64,000 nt of DNA from Escherichia coli (GTDB lineage Bacteria > Pseudomonadota > Gammaproteobacteria > Enterobacterales > Enterobacteriaceae), in NCBI RefSeq assembly GCF_044324875.1, contig NZ_CP172185.1. One strand, written 5' to 3'. Below the pieces are notes generated by a model. That model saw nothing but the letters and a program-made list of their open reading frames with translations. It was not told where the DNA came from and ran no database searches. Each line of letters opens with the position of its first letter. Within the stretch, counting starts at the first letter, position 1. The translations under genes and the position numbers were made by a program. Positions 26,915-36,939 of this stretch are shown piece after piece.

Positions 26915-27121
26915 TTAAGCCATCTCTGTTTGCAGACGCATAACCTGACGGTTAACTTCGGACATCACTGACAAATGCAGCTTATCCTTCACTTTTGGGA
27001 TAAGAATCTTACCCTTATCAAATTCAAAAGCGCCAACGTCCTTGATGTATAACCGTCCACGGAACAGGATCTTTACGTACTTCGCCACCTGAAGTGGGTT
27101 GTACCGTTGGAAAATTTTCAT
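26915..27121 (-). CDS. ytfK: Small protein YtfK (DUF1107)
   Basis: 68-aa product [68 protein letters not shown] from ATG 27121 with GGAG RBS; ORF track extends 22 codons upstream. Confidence 0.9.
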
Positions 27122-27445
27122 TGTTATCTCCTGCTGAGTATTACGCCTGTGCGGTGCCACAATCGGCCCAACTATTATGAGGCGCAAATTTTAATGCTTA
27201 GTGACTATAGACTATCCGGGCAATGTTTCCACCGCGTATAACTTTTTTTACCTAAAGGTTACAATTATTCAGAATTATCTTTTTACCGAAGCGCGGTGTT
27301 CAGTATAAGCATTCATTTTTCATATGATTTGTGCGCTTGACCGCAAACTGGCATCACACTTGCGGGAAATTCGATAAATAGCACATATGATTAAAACTCA
27401 GACCCAAGTGGTCGGATCACCTGCATATCATAAGAAGGAAACACC

Positions 27446-28000
27446 ATGACCCTACGCAAGATTCTGGCACTCACCTGCCTGCTGTTGCCGATGATGGCTT
27501 CCGCACATCAGTTCGAAACCGGTCAGCGAGTGCCGCCGATTGGCATTACCGATCGTGGCGAGTTGGTGCTTGATAAAGATCAGTTTAGCTACAAAACCTG
27601 GAACAGCGCGCAGTTAGTGGGAAAAGTGCGAGTACTGCAACATATTGCTGGTCGCACCTCTGCAAAAGAGAAAAACGCGACGCTGATTGAAGCGATTAAA
27701 TCAGCAAAGTTACCGCACGATCGTTACCAGACCACCACCATTGTTAACACCGACGACGCAATTCCGGGTTCCGGCATGTTTGTGCGCAGCAGTCTGGAAA
27801 GTAATAAAAAGCTTTATCCCTGGTCGCAGTTTATTGTCGATAGCAATGGCGTCGCGCGCGGTGCCTGGCAGCTGGATGAAGAAAGTTCCGCTGTAGTGGT
27901 GCTGGATAAAGACGGTCGCGTGCAATGGGCCAAAGACGGGGCGCTCACACAGGAAGAGGTGCAGCAAGTGATGGACCTGCTGCAAAAGTTGCTCAAATAA
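27446..28000 (+). CDS. ytfJ: Periplasmic protein YtfJ (DUF1434)
   Basis: 184-aa ORF with signal peptide MTLRKILALTCLLLPMMASA. Confidence 0.92.
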   Translation: MTLRKILALTCLLLPMMASAHQFETGQRVPPIGITDRGELVLDKDQFSYKTWNSAQLVGKVRVLQHIAGRTSAKEKNATLIEAIKSAKLPHDRYQTTTIVNTDDAIPGSGMFVRSSLESNKKLYPWSQFIVDSNGVARGAWQLDEESSAVVVLDKDGRVQWAKDGALTQEEVQQVMDLLQKLLK

Positions 28001-28020
28001 TGGCAATAACATAAATTCTG

Positions 28021-28051
28021 CAAAATAATTTTCCCCTATCGTTATCTATGG
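28021..28051. terminator. Hairpin between convergent ytfJ and ytfI (10-bp stem TTCCCCTATC / GATAGGGGAA)
   Basis: Inverted repeat read directly; second smaller hairpin GAGTTC..GAACTC at 28061-28079. Confidence 0.5.
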
Positions 28052-28088
28052 GATAGGGGAATTAAGCCTCTGAGTTCTTACGCCGAAC

Positions 28089-29000
28089 TCATACTGGTAA
28101 CGCTAGTTGCTTTTTTTTAAACGCCTCAATGGTCGATTTATATTTCTCGCAAATCTTTTCTTCGGTAATATCACTATCTGCGGCCAGATTCGCACTTACT
28201 ATCGCATCCACTTGTTCGGCTAATTCGACTTGTTGGCAACCTGCATTAACCAGAAAATTATAAATAAGAGAGTAATCTTCATCCTTCAAAAAAACAGAGG
28301 AACCATTACGAAAACGTTCATCCCCTCCATAGATTTTAAGCGCAAAGCCCAAAGATTCTATGACTATGGCAAAATTATCATCAATTATTTTTTCGTAAAT
28401 ATACCATCCATCGCATTCTTTAATTCCACCTCCTGGAATTTGGAGGTCAAATTTACCCCGTTTTAATTTGCTTACTATATCCTCCAATAAGGCATAACCT
28501 AAAGACACGTCACCAATCGCCTGGCGAATATAACCTTTAATCCTTTCCGGTATGTCAGACTGTTTTTTCTGCAGAATATCCCGGGCATACAATCTTCTGT
28601 TTTGTTCTAACGGAAACTCGCGGTTTTTGAAATCCATGAATGAGTTATACTCATTTATTGTTATGGGAATTTCTTCGTATTCAAACCCACTGCCTCGCAA
28701 TGTCATTATATATTCGGCACCGTTATCTTTAATGCTGAAACTGATAAGAAACTTATCCATGGCGTGAACATTTTCATTTTTTGATGAAAGCACCTGATAA
28801 CTACTTTTATCAATCTGAGTTGCGCAACGAAAGAACTCCCGCAAAGTTAACAGGCTATCATAATTCGAAATCCAATCTTTTTTCTTAAATGCATGCTGGA
28901 TATTGTTAAAAAAATTGTTTGAATGTGTTTTTGTATGCGATGATTTTACGAATAACTCCACCGCACCAATAAAATTATTGTGTCTGATCCTGGGTAACAT
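28089..29000 (-). CDS. ytfI: Uncharacterized AT-rich protein YtfI
   Basis: 303-aa ORF MLPRIRHNNFIGAVELFVKSSHTKTHSNNFFNNIQHAFKKK...; markedly AT-rich by eye compared with flanking genes; position between ytfJ and cysQ as in K-12. Confidence 0.85.
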   Translation of the reverse strand: MLPRIRHNNFIGAVELFVKSSHTKTHSNNFFNNIQHAFKKKDWISNYDSLLTLREFFRCATQIDKSSYQVLSSKNENVHAMDKFLISFSIKDNGAEYIMTLRGSGFEYEEIPITINEYNSFMDFKNREFPLEQNRRLYARDILQKKQSDIPERIKGYIRQAIGDVSLGYALLEDIVSKLKRGKFDLQIPGGGIKECDGWYIYEKIIDDNFAIVIESLGFALKIYGGDERFRNGSSVFLKDEDYSLIYNFLVNAGCQQVELAEQVDAIVSANLAADSDITEEKICEKYKSTIEAFKKKQLALPV

Positions 29001-29160
29001 ATGGCTACCTTATTTTATTTGGTTATTTTATGTCGCCATTAAATATCTCATTATAGAAGTATAACTATCAAAAAACGCTCATTATTAAAATGTAACTTAT
29101 TAGCAATTGAATTTTTGCACTTTAAATACAATCTCTTTTTATTTATAACTTTTTAGGTTG

Positions 29161-29207
29161 GGAGAAATCAGGATGGCAGAATCAGGAAATACACTGTTTC
29201 TGCCATC
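29161..29207 (-). terminator. cysQ 3' hairpin (10-bp stem GATGGCAGAA / TTCTGCCATC)
   Basis: Inverted repeat immediately downstream of cysQ stop on the minus strand, followed by T-rich sequence. Confidence 0.5.
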
Positions 29208-29212
29208 TGAAT

Positions 29213-29953
29213 TTAGTAAATAGACACTCTGAATCCCGGATTCAGGAACGACTCGCGCGGAGTGTAATCCAGCGGTTTACCCTGCCAGTCGTGAACGTGC
29301 GCTCCGGCAGCTGCGGCCACAGCATGTCCAGCGGCGGTGTCCCAAATATTCGTTGGTCCGAAGCGCGGGTACAGCTGCGCCTGCCCTTCCGCCACCAGGC
29401 AGAATTTCAGCGAAGAGCCGATGGACGTGGTCTGATGTTCGCCAAGCTGTTGCAGATACTCTTTCAGCTCCGCATCTGCATGGGAACGGCTGATAACCAC
29501 CAGCGGCGGGCGCGCATCACGGACCTGAATCTGCTTGCGCACGCCGCACTCTTCTTTCCACGCTTTGCCTTCTGCCGCGCTGTACATTACGTTCATTACC
29601 GGCGCATACACCACACCTAAAATCGGTTTGCCGTGGTCGATGAGCGCAATGTTAACGGTGAATTCGCCATTGCGTTTAATAAACTCTTTAGTACCATCCA
29701 GCGGGTCTACCAGCCAGTAACGCTGCCAGTGCTGACGGACTTCCCAACCGGGAGGATCTTCTTCAGAAAGCACCGGAATATCCGGTGTCAGCGTACGTAA
29801 ACCGTCCATGATAACGGTGTGAGCGGCAATATCCGCTGCCGTTACCGGAGAATTGTCCGCTTTGCTGACGACGTCCATCGGTTTCGTCCCGTCGTAGACC
29901 TGCATAATGGCATCGCCTGCATTCCGTGCAAGCTGGCATACTTGATCTAACAT
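29213..29953 (-). CDS. cysQ: 3'(2'),5'-bisphosphate nucleotidase (PAP phosphatase)
   Basis: 246-aa [25 protein letters not shown]... with inositol monophosphatase-family motifs (WLVDPLDGT). Confidence 0.96.
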   Translation of the reverse strand: MLDQVCQLARNAGDAIMQVYDGTKPMDVVSKADNSPVTAADIAAHTVIMDGLRTLTPDIPVLSEEDPPGWEVRQHWQRYWLVDPLDGTKEFIKRNGEFTVNIALIDHGKPILGVVYAPVMNVMYSAAEGKAWKEECGVRKQIQVRDARPPLVVISRSHADAELKEYLQQLGEHQTTSIGSSLKFCLVAEGQAQLYPRFGPTNIWDTAAGHAVAAAAGAHVHDWQGKPLDYTPRESFLNPGFRVSIY

Positions 29954-30142
29954 TTCTCCACCTCGTCTCTGTGAGCGGTGTTAACTTATTGTTTTACTTA
30001 TACCCTATCGTTAATGAATGCGCCAACTGTGATAGTGTCATCATTTTCAAAGCGTAAAATTGTGGCATTCTTCACTGTTCTATAAGTAAGACGTTTATTC
30101 TCCCTTTTCTTTCGTATTCCCGATGATAAAAGGATGTCCCTG

Positions 30143-32086
30143 ATGATTAAGTTTAGCGCAACGCTCCTGGCCACGCTGATTGCCGCCAGTGTGAATGCAG
30201 CGACGGTCGATCTGCGTATCATGGAAACCACTGATCTGCATAGCAACATGATGGATTTCGATTATTACAAAGACACCGCCACGGAAAAATTCGGACTGGT
30301 ACGTACCGCAAGCCTGATTAACGATGCCCGCAATGAAGTGAAAAACAGCGTACTGGTGGATAACGGCGATTTGATTCAGGGGAGTCCGCTTGCAGATTAC
30401 ATGTCGGCGAAAGGTTTAAAAGCAGGTGATATTCACCCGGTCTATAAGGCATTAAATACGCTGGACTATACCGTCGGCACGCTTGGCAACCACGAGTTTA
30501 ACTACGGTCTGGATTACCTGAAAAATGCGCTGGCGGGAGCGAAATTCCCTTATGTAAATGCCAACGTCATTGACGCCAGAACCAAACAGCCAATGTTTAC
30601 ACCGTATTTAATTAAAGACACCGAAGTGGTCGATAAAGACGGAAAAAAACAGACGCTGAAGATTGGCTATATTGGCGTCGTGCCGCCGCAAATCATGGGC
30701 TGGGATAAAGCTAATTTATCCGGGAAAGTGACGGTGAATGATATTACCGAAACCGTGCGCAAATACGTGCCTGAAATGCGCGAGAAAGGTGCCGATGTTG
30801 TTGTCGTTCTGGCGCATTCCGGGCTGTCTGCCGATCCGTATAAAGTGATGGCGGAAAACTCAGTTTATTACCTCAGTGAAATTCCGGGCGTTAACGCCAT
30901 TATGTTTGGCCATGCCCACGCCGTTTTCCCAGGTAAAGATTTTGCTGATATCGAAGGAGCTGATATCGCCAAAGGCACGCTGAATGGTGTTCCGGCAGTA
31001 ATGCCAGGCATGTGGGGCGATCATCTTGGTGTGGTCGACTTACAACTCAGTAATGACAGCGGTAAATGGCAGGTGACGCAGGCGAAAGCGGAAGCACGGC
31101 CGATTTACGACATCGCTAATAAAAAATCCCTCGCGGCGGAAGACAGCAAGCTGGTAGAAACACTCAAAGCCGATCACGATGCCACACGCCAGTTCGTCAG
31201 CAAGCCAATCGGTAAATCTGCCGACAATATGTATAGCTATCTGGCGCTGGTGCAGGACGATCCGACCGTGCAGGTGGTGAACAACGCGCAAAAAGCGTAT
31301 GTCGAGCATTACATTCAGGGCGATCCGGATCTGGCAAAACTGCCGGTGCTTTCAGCTGCCGCACCGTTTAAAGTTGGTGGTCGCAAAAATGACCCGGCAA
31401 GCTATGTGGAGGTGGAAAAAGGTCAGCTGACTTTCCGTAATGCCGCCGATCTTTATCTCTACCCCAATACGCTGATTGTGGTGAAAGCCAGCGGTAAAGA
31501 GGTGAAAGAGTGGCTGGAGTGCTCCGCCGGACAGTTTAACCAGATTGATCCTAACAGCACGAAACCACAGTCACTCATTAACTGGGATGGTTTCCGCACT
31601 TATAACTTTGATGTGATTGATGGTGTGAATTATCAGATTGATGTTACCCAGCCCGCCCGTTATGACGGCGAGTGCCAGATGATTAATGCCAATGCGGAAA
31701 GGATTAAGAACCTGACCTTTAACGGCAAGCCGATTGATCCGAACGCCATGTTCCTCGTTGCCACCAATAACTATCGCGCTTACGGCGGCAAATTTGCCGG
31801 TACGGGCGACAGCCATATCGCTTTTGCTTCACCGGATGAGAACCGCTCGGTGCTGGCAGCGTGGATTGCTGAAGAGTCGAAACGTGTGGGGAAAATTCAC
31901 CCGGCGGCAGATAACAACTGGCGTTTAGCACCAATAGCTGGCGATAAGAAACTGGATATCCGTTTCGAAACCTCTCCATCAGATAAAGCCGCGGCGTTTA
32001 TTAAAGAGAAAGGGCAATATCCGATGAATAAAGTCGCGACCGATGATATCGGGTTTGCGATTTATCAGGTGGATTTGAGTAAGTAA
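30143..32086 (+). CDS. cpdB: Periplasmic 2',3'-cyclic-nucleotide 2'-phosphodiesterase/3'-nucleotidase
   Basis: 647-aa product [42 protein letters not shown]... (calcineurin-like phosphoesterase + 5'-nucleotidase C domain); ORF track starts 3 codons upstream. Confidence 0.96.
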   Translation: MIKFSATLLATLIAASVNAATVDLRIMETTDLHSNMMDFDYYKDTATEKFGLVRTASLINDARNEVKNSVLVDNGDLIQGSPLADYMSAKGLKAGDIHPVYKALNTLDYTVGTLGNHEFNYGLDYLKNALAGAKFPYVNANVIDARTKQPMFTPYLIKDTEVVDKDGKKQTLKIGYIGVVPPQIMGWDKANLSGKVTVNDITETVRKYVPEMREKGADVVVVLAHSGLSADPYKVMAENSVYYLSEIPGVNAIMFGHAHAVFPGKDFADIEGADIAKGTLNGVPAVMPGMWGDHLGVVDLQLSNDSGKWQVTQAKAEARPIYDIANKKSLAAEDSKLVETLKADHDATRQFVSKPIGKSADNMYSYLALVQDDPTVQVVNNAQKAYVEHYIQGDPDLAKLPVLSAAAPFKVGGRKNDPASYVEVEKGQLTFRNAADLYLYPNTLIVVKASGKEVKEWLECSAGQFNQIDPNSTKPQSLINWDGFRTYNFDVIDGVNYQIDVTQPARYDGECQMINANAERIKNLTFNGKPIDPNAMFLVATNNYRAYGGKFAGTGDSHIAFASPDENRSVLAAWIAEESKRVGKIHPAADNNWRLAPIAGDKKLDIRFETSPSDKAAAFIKEKGQYPMNKVATDDIGFAIYQVDLSK

Positions 32087-32119
32087 TACACTTCTTTTTC
32101 GGCCTGCAAATCATCAACC

Positions 32120-32200
32120 GCATCCGGCATTTATTGGCGGATGCGATGCTGGCGCATCTTATCCGCCCTACAAGTCATACACCGTAGGCCGCGCATCCTG
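32120..32200. repeat. REP element(s)
   Basis: CATCCGGCATTTATTGGCGGATGCG ... CACCGTAGGCCGCGCATCCTGCAG motifs between cpdB and ytfH. Confidence 0.75.
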
Positions 32201-32203
32201 CAG

Positions 32204-32584
32204 TTACGCCGCACGTTCATCCCGCACCGCCAACACCTCGGGCAAATTCAACTCAATCCAGTCCGCCAGTGCAGCAACCTTTTCGCTCACCTGCTCGCCC
32301 AGCGGCGTGAGGCTATATTCCACATGCGGCGGCACCACCGGATACGCGATACGGTTAAGAAAACCATCCTGCTCTAGCGCCTGTAACGACTGCGCAAGCA
32401 TCTTTTCACTCACCCCGCCCATTTTGCGCCGCAGGTCGCTAAAGCGATGAGTACCTTCGCGTAGCGCCACCAGAATCAACACCCCCCAACGGCTGGTGAC
32501 GTGTTTCAAAACCTCGCGCGACGGACACTGTTCAGCGAAGAGATTTCCCTCTTTCAGTTGTTGCGACAGGCTAACCTGACTCAT
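32204..32584 (-). CDS. ytfH: HxlR-family transcriptional regulator YtfH
   Basis: 126-aa product MSQVSLSQQLKEGNLFAEQCPSREVLKHVTSRWGVLILVALREGTHRFSDLRRKMGGVSEKMLAQSLQALEQDGFLNR... (winged helix); ATG at 32582-32584; ORF track extends 37 codons upstream. Confidence 0.92.
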   Translation of the reverse strand: MSQVSLSQQLKEGNLFAEQCPSREVLKHVTSRWGVLILVALREGTHRFSDLRRKMGGVSEKMLAQSLQALEQDGFLNRIAYPVVPPHVEYSLTPLGEQVSEKVAALADWIELNLPEVLAVRDERAA

Positions 32585-32672
32585 CTCATACTTACCTTTT
32601 TGTACGTACTTACTAAAAGTAAGTTTAGGTGTTAGCGTATTTAAACACAAGACAAAACGATGGAGACTTCCT

Positions 32673-33533
32673 ATGATCGCAATTACTGGTGCCACTGGCC
32701 AACTTGGACACTATGTTATTGAATCCTTGATGAAAACGGTTCCTGCCAGCCAAATAGTGGCTATCGTTCGTAATCCGGCAAAAGCCCAGGCACTGACAGC
32801 ACAAGGCATTACCGTGCGTCAGGCTGACTACGGCGATGAAGCCGCACTGACATCTGCACTTCAGGGAGTGGAAAAACTGCTACTGATCTCTTCCAGCGAA
32901 GTGGGGCAACGTGCCCCGCAGCATCGAAATGTTATTAATGCCGCTAAGGCGGCGGGCGTGAAATTTATCGCTTATACCAGCCTGCTACATGCTGATACCT
33001 CCCCGCTCGGCCTCGCCGATGAGCACATCGAGACGGAGAAAATGCTGGCTGATTCTGGCATTGCTTACACCTTGCTGCGCAACGGCTGGTACACCGAAAA
33101 CTATCTCGCCAGCGCCCCGGCAGCACTGGAGCACGGCGTATTTATCGGTGCCGCGGGCGATGGCAAAATTGCCTCGGCAACGCGGGCAGATTATGCGGCA
33201 GCTGCGGCGCTCGTGATTAGCGAAGCCGGTCACGAAGGCAAGGTTTACGAGCTGGCGGGCGATAGTGCCTGGACGCTGACACAGTTAGCGGCAGAGCTGA
33301 CCAAACAGAGCGGCAAACAGGTTACCTATCAAAATCTGAGCGAAGCCGATTTCGCCGCGGCACTGAAAAGCGTCGGACTGCCCGACGGACTGGCGGATAT
33401 GCTGGCGGATTCTGACGTTGGCGCATCGAAAGGCGGTCTGTTTGATGATAGCAAAACGCTGAGCAAATTGATTGGCCGCCCAACGACAACGTTAGCCGAA
33501 AGCGTAAGCCATCTTTTTAATGTTAATAACTAG
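32673..33533 (+). CDS. qorB: NAD(P)H:quinone oxidoreductase (NmrA-like SDR)
   Basis: 286-aa ORF MIAITGATGQLGHYVIESL... Rossmann GxxGxxG motif; divergent from ytfH. Confidence 0.95.
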   Translation: MIAITGATGQLGHYVIESLMKTVPASQIVAIVRNPAKAQALTAQGITVRQADYGDEAALTSALQGVEKLLLISSSEVGQRAPQHRNVINAAKAAGVKFIAYTSLLHADTSPLGLADEHIETEKMLADSGIAYTLLRNGWYTENYLASAPAALEHGVFIGAAGDGKIASATRADYAAAAALVISEAGHEGKVYELAGDSAWTLTQLAAELTKQSGKQVTYQNLSEADFAAALKSVGLPDGLADMLADSDVGASKGGLFDDSKTLSKLIGRPTTTLAESVSHLFNVNN

Positions 33534-33641
33534 TTAATTAAAGTGGCATCCTCCCGCATCCTCTCTGATAATGACGGGATGCCGGGAGCAATCATGTCTG
33601 CTTCCTGAACGTTTCTTCTGACAGACCAATGGATGCCAGTA

Positions 33642-34607
33642 ATGATTAGCGGCGTGCTGTACGCCCTGTTAGCAGGGTTGATGTGGGGGCTTATTTTTGT
33701 CGGGCCGTTGATCGTGCCGGAATACCCGGCGATGTTGCAGTCTATGGGGCGTTATCTGGCGTTAGGGTTAATTGCGCTGCCCATTGCCTGGCTGGGACGC
33801 GTGCGTCTGCGTCAGTTGGCGCGTCGCGACTGGCTTACCGCCTTGATGCTCACCATGATGGGCAACCTCATCTATTACTTCTGCCTTGCCAGTGCCATTC
33901 AACGTACTGGCGCGCCTGTTTCCACGATGATTATCGGCACCCTGCCGGTGGTGATTCCTGTCCTCGCCAATCTGCTTTATAGCCAGCGTGACGGTAAACT
34001 CGCGTGGGGGAAACTCGCCCCGGCGCTGGTTTGTATTGGCATCGGCCTGGCATGTGTAAATATTGCTGAGTTAGACCACGGACTCCCCGATTTTGACTGG
34101 GCACGTTATACCTCTGGCATCGTGCTGGCGTTAGTTTCCGTGGTCTGCTGGGCGTGGTATGCCTTGCGCAACGCCCGTTGGCTGCGGGAAAACCCAGACA
34201 AACATCCGATGATGTGGGCGACGGCGCAGGCGCTGGTCACGCTGCCGGTTTCGCTCATCGGTTATCTTGTCGCCTGTTACTGGCTGAATACGCAAACGCC
34301 GGACTTCTCCCTACCTTTTGGCCCCCGTCCGCTTGTATTTGTTAGCCTGATGATTGCGATAGCTGTGCTTTGCTCATGGGTCGGCGCACTTTGCTGGAAC
34401 GTCGCCAGCCAGCGATTACCGACCGTGATTCTCGGGCCGCTGATTGTTTTCGAAACGCTGGCAGGTTTGCTGTACACCTTTTTACTCCGCCAGCAAATGC
34501 CGCCGCTGATGACGCTAAGCGGTATCGCGCTGTTAGTGGTTGGCGTGGTCATTGCAGTCAGAGCAAAACCGGAAAAGCCTTTAACTGAATCTGTCTCAGA
34601 AAGTTGA
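33642..34607 (+). CDS. ytfF: DMT-superfamily inner membrane protein YtfF
   Basis: Polytopic ORF (EamA-like repeats); start ambiguous between ATG 33633 (ORF track, 324 aa) and ATG 33642. Confidence 0.88.
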   Translation: MISGVLYALLAGLMWGLIFVGPLIVPEYPAMLQSMGRYLALGLIALPIAWLGRVRLRQLARRDWLTALMLTMMGNLIYYFCLASAIQRTGAPVSTMIIGTLPVVIPVLANLLYSQRDGKLAWGKLAPALVCIGIGLACVNIAELDHGLPDFDWARYTSGIVLALVSVVCWAWYALRNARWLRENPDKHPMMWATAQALVTLPVSLIGYLVACYWLNTQTPDFSLPFGPRPLVFVSLMIAIAVLCSWVGALCWNVASQRLPTVILGPLIVFETLAGLLYTFLLRQQMPPLMTLSGIALLVVGVVIAVRAKPEKPLTESVSES

Positions 34608-34714
34608 CACGCTGGCAGTGAGTTAAATAAGCCTCTGCTACGTAAGGGTTATAGCATTTGCCTTAAAGATGCATTTAAAATACATCTTATATTATTAAGA
34701 ATGAGGTATCAGCT

Positions 34715-35377
34715 ATGGCTTATCGCGACCAACCTTTAGGTGAACTGGCGCTCTCTATTCCTCGCGCTTCGGCTCTGTTTCGTAAATATGATATGGATTA
34801 CTGCTGCGGCGGTAAGCAAACGCTGGCGCGTGCGGCGGCACGTAAAGAGCTGGATGTTGACGTCATTGAAGCTGAACTGGCAAAGCTTGCTGAACAACCG
34901 ATTGAGAAAGACTGGCGCAGCGCCCCGCTGGCTGAAATCATCGACCATATCATCGTGCGCTACCACGATCGCCACCGCGAGCAGCTGCCGGAGCTGATCC
35001 TGCAAGCGACTAAAGTCGAGCGCGTTCACGCCGACAAACCGAGCGTGCCAAAAGGGCTGACAAAATACCTGACCATGCTGCATGAAGAGCTTTCCAGCCA
35101 CATGATGAAAGAAGAGCAGATCCTCTTCCCGATGATCAAACAAGGCATGGGCAGCCAGGCGATGGGGCCAATCAGCGTAATGGAAAGCGAGCACGATGAA
35201 GCGGGCGAACTGCTGGAAGTGATCAAACACACTACCAATAACGTCACACCGCCGCCAGAAGCCTGCACCACCTGGAAAGCGATGTATAACGGCATTAATG
35301 AACTGATTGATGACCTGATGGAGCACATCAGCCTGGAAAATAATGTGCTGTTCCCACGCGCGCTGGCGGGTGAGTGA
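34715..35377 (+). CDS. ytfE: Iron-sulfur cluster repair di-iron protein (RIC / ScdA family)
   Basis: 220-aa [44 protein letters not shown]... with hemerythrin-like HxxxE motifs. Confidence 0.96.
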   Translation: MAYRDQPLGELALSIPRASALFRKYDMDYCCGGKQTLARAAARKELDVDVIEAELAKLAEQPIEKDWRSAPLAEIIDHIIVRYHDRHREQLPELILQATKVERVHADKPSVPKGLTKYLTMLHEELSSHMMKEEQILFPMIKQGMGSQAMGPISVMESEHDEAGELLEVIKHTTNNVTPPPEACTTWKAMYNGINELIDDLMEHISLENNVLFPRALAGE

Positions 35378-35385
35378 TTTGTTCG

Positions 35386-35418
35386 ATCAACGATCCTGAC
35401 ATGGGCAGGATCGTTGAT
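35386..35418. terminator. Bidirectional hairpin between convergent ytfE and downstream accessory gene (13-bp perfect stem ATCAACGATCCTG / CAGGATCGTTGAT, 7-nt loop)
   Basis: Inverted repeat read directly from sequence 9 bp after ytfE stop and 4 bp before the stop of ORF 35422..36906. Confidence 0.6.
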
Positions 35419-35421
35419 TAT

Positions 35422-36906
35422 TCAGTCATTCAGTGGAAATAATTCATTGTTGTAACTGGTGTACTCACCTTCAACGGTAAGCAAACTGCCGTTTTTATCA
35501 AGATGCGCCGCATCGAGTTGTCGAGTCTCATTACGCCGCTTCGCATCACGTACCAGTCCATCGCCTACGTAATAAATATAGTGGTCATCATGAGCAAAGG
35601 TATCTGATAATTGACCATTGGCGTATTTAAACCACGTCCATTGGCCTTTCAGTTCAAAATGCTCAACCGTGTCTTCATCAATAAAATACGTATAGCGATC
35701 GTCATGTGCTAAATAATTTAATGGTGTGCCATCGGGGCTTTTATACCACTGCCATTGCCCATTAATATCAAAAATAGTCACATCATCGCTCGCAATGAAA
35801 TAAACTTTATCCCCTACAATATTAACACCTTCCTGTAATTCTTGTTGCGGGTCTGGTAAATGAATGACCGACAGCGTTTTTTCGACCGCAGAAACATACT
35901 TCACCAGATAGAGCGAATCTTTATATTGCGCCACATTCTCCGTCAGCGGGCGAAAATATTCCGGATCAACATCAGGAATAGTCGCAACCCGGCAGTCATT
36001 AGCACGCCTGGAAGCATCACGCGTCAACCATGTTACTTTATCCCGCTGCAGGTCAAACGTACTCCGACAATTTTTACCGAACGCATAACGTTTCTCCCCG
36101 TCTTTATCGCGATAAATTAGCAGTGAACCGGCTATCCAGCGCACAATATGAAAGGTATCCGGATCGGCGTTGATGGCATCTCCATTCACAAAGACCTGTG
36201 ATTTAGTCCGCCAGATTGTATCCCAGGGTCCCGGATTACTTTTGCTTTGGCAGCTATTGGGGGAAAATAAAATAATTCGTCGGTCCCAGGATTTAACGCC
36301 AAGAATAGAATACCCTTGCGCACTGCCCAACCAGTGCCCCTGAAAGTAAATATTGTGACGATCTTTCAGCACATCCGCGGAATCACCTGAACCGCCGACT
36401 TGTTGCAACGAATCCATATCGACCTGCTTTTCGTCGCGATTATCATCCGTGCGTTCACCATCAAAATAGAGACTATCTTTATCGGCGGCAAAACGCCCCC
36501 ACGCGCGGAATGTTGCAACATCAACTTTCGGTGTTCCCGGCGGGTTCTGGACTATTTTCCCTGCCCATAAAATATGGCGGCCATCGGTTAACCAGTCGAA
36601 ACGCCAGCCGCCATTTGACCGATAGCCAGAGAAGGGAGCCACCCGCACAAAATCATTATTGATATCATCAGGTGAATCGTATTCACCATCAGTGCCGTTG
36701 GGTACGCGGCGAAGTTGTTTGAACTTTACCTGCGGCAAATGAATATCCGGAAAATCGATACCGTAACCGTCACTATCTTCAACGATATATTTTGTGCCTT
36801 GCCCCCACGGCTGGTAGTAAAACGCAGCATAAGGCACGCCGGAGCAGGCTATCGAAGCGGTTGAAAATAAAGCCAGTGCGAGACAAACGGGTTTAATTGG
36901 CAACAT
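35422..36906 (-). CDS. Secreted hypothetical protein with DKNYY-like repeats (paralog A), 494 aa
   Basis: Long ORF with AGGA RBS 9 nt upstream of ATG 36904-36906; N-terminal signal peptide MLPIKPVCLALALFSTASIAC; repeated D-K-x-x-Y-F/Y motifs (ADKDSLYFDG, KDRHNIYFQG, RDKDGEKRYAFG, YKDSLYLVKY, GDKVYFIASDD) and two C-terminal ~34-aa repeats (GQWQWYK...AHDDRYTYF / GQWTWFK...AHDDHYIYY). Family assignment is by motif eye-match only. Confidence 0.8.
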   Translation of the reverse strand: MLPIKPVCLALALFSTASIACSGVPYAAFYYQPWGQGTKYIVEDSDGYGIDFPDIHLPQVKFKQLRRVPNGTDGEYDSPDDINNDFVRVAPFSGYRSNGGWRFDWLTDGRHILWAGKIVQNPPGTPKVDVATFRAWGRFAADKDSLYFDGERTDDNRDEKQVDMDSLQQVGGSGDSADVLKDRHNIYFQGHWLGSAQGYSILGVKSWDRRIILFSPNSCQSKSNPGPWDTIWRTKSQVFVNGDAINADPDTFHIVRWIAGSLLIYRDKDGEKRYAFGKNCRSTFDLQRDKVTWLTRDASRRANDCRVATIPDVDPEYFRPLTENVAQYKDSLYLVKYVSAVEKTLSVIHLPDPQQELQEGVNIVGDKVYFIASDDVTIFDINGQWQWYKSPDGTPLNYLAHDDRYTYFIDEDTVEHFELKGQWTWFKYANGQLSDTFAHDDHYIYYVGDGLVRDAKRRNETRQLDAAHLDKNGSLLTVEGEYTSYNNELFPLND

Positions 36907-36939
36907 AGCATCATCCTGAAGCTGTTAGCGTGTAAGAGG

